Shown: positions 63,668 to 64,000 of the stretch, piece after piece
Numbering within the stretch: the stretch's first letter is position 1
Layout of the letters: the number at the start of each line of letters is the position of its first letter
Assembly: GCA_038087875.1 (NCBI GenBank)
Contig: CM075989.1
Location: 21,640,001-21,704,000, forward strand
Length of the DNA stretch: 64,000 nt
Reading direction: 5' to 3'
Source of the DNA: Malacoraja senta
Lineage: Eukaryota
Made by a program: the position numbers and the translations under genes
Notes under the pieces: generated by a model
The model's input: only the letters and a program-made list of their open reading frames with translations
What the model was told of the DNA's origin: nothing
Databases searched by the model: none

Positions 63668-64000
63668 CCATTTGTGCATTAAAGATAATAGTTGTTAGAA
63701 TACCTTAGCTCCACTCTCCTGCACAAACAATATTTTGTGATTCCCTTAAAATAAAAGTTTTACTGCATCTATCTTGAATATATTCTCTGACTGAGCCTGC
63801 ACAGTCCTTCTTGTTAAAGAATTCCGAAGGTTCCCTGCCAACAAGTGAAAAATGTCTCCTCATCTCTGACGGACGTGACCGATCTCTCATTCTGAGGCTG
63901 GGACCACCTGGCTCCATACATCTCAGCCAAGAGAAACATCACCTCTCCATACACCCTGTCACAATCCCTTTAGGTATTTTAATAGCCTATATATCGGCTT

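Overview
Eukaryotic, repeat-dense, apparently non-genic DNA from a cartilaginous fish, probably a skate or ray. The taxon is inferred from many HE1-type V-SINEs and HER1/CR1-type LINE ends. I recognise no host protein-coding exon; the ORFs I could interpret are transposon-derived or low-complexity. Retroelements: about 25 HE1-like SINE copies or fragments, many CR1 3' fragments with three tail types, one near-complete CR1 LINE (esterase ORF1 plus APE-RT ORF2, 27.1-30.8 kb), Rex1, L2, L1, Tx1 and Vingi-like LINE pieces, and Penelope-like 3' ends with hammerhead-like motifs. DNA elements: two hAT transposons, seven Harbinger-like MITE copies from four families and a non-autonomous Helitron. There is a 200-N gap, and several repeat-free islands look like conserved enhancers. 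The top observation is a ~139-nt minus-strand element (6572-6710): a fully pairing 54-nt HDV/CPEB3-type ribozyme fold, a branched stem-loop and an (AAG)n tail, i.e. a candidate ribozyme-headed mini-retroposon. Several multi-level nested insertions resolve to exact target-site duplications. Family names come from motif recognition only; no database searches were run.
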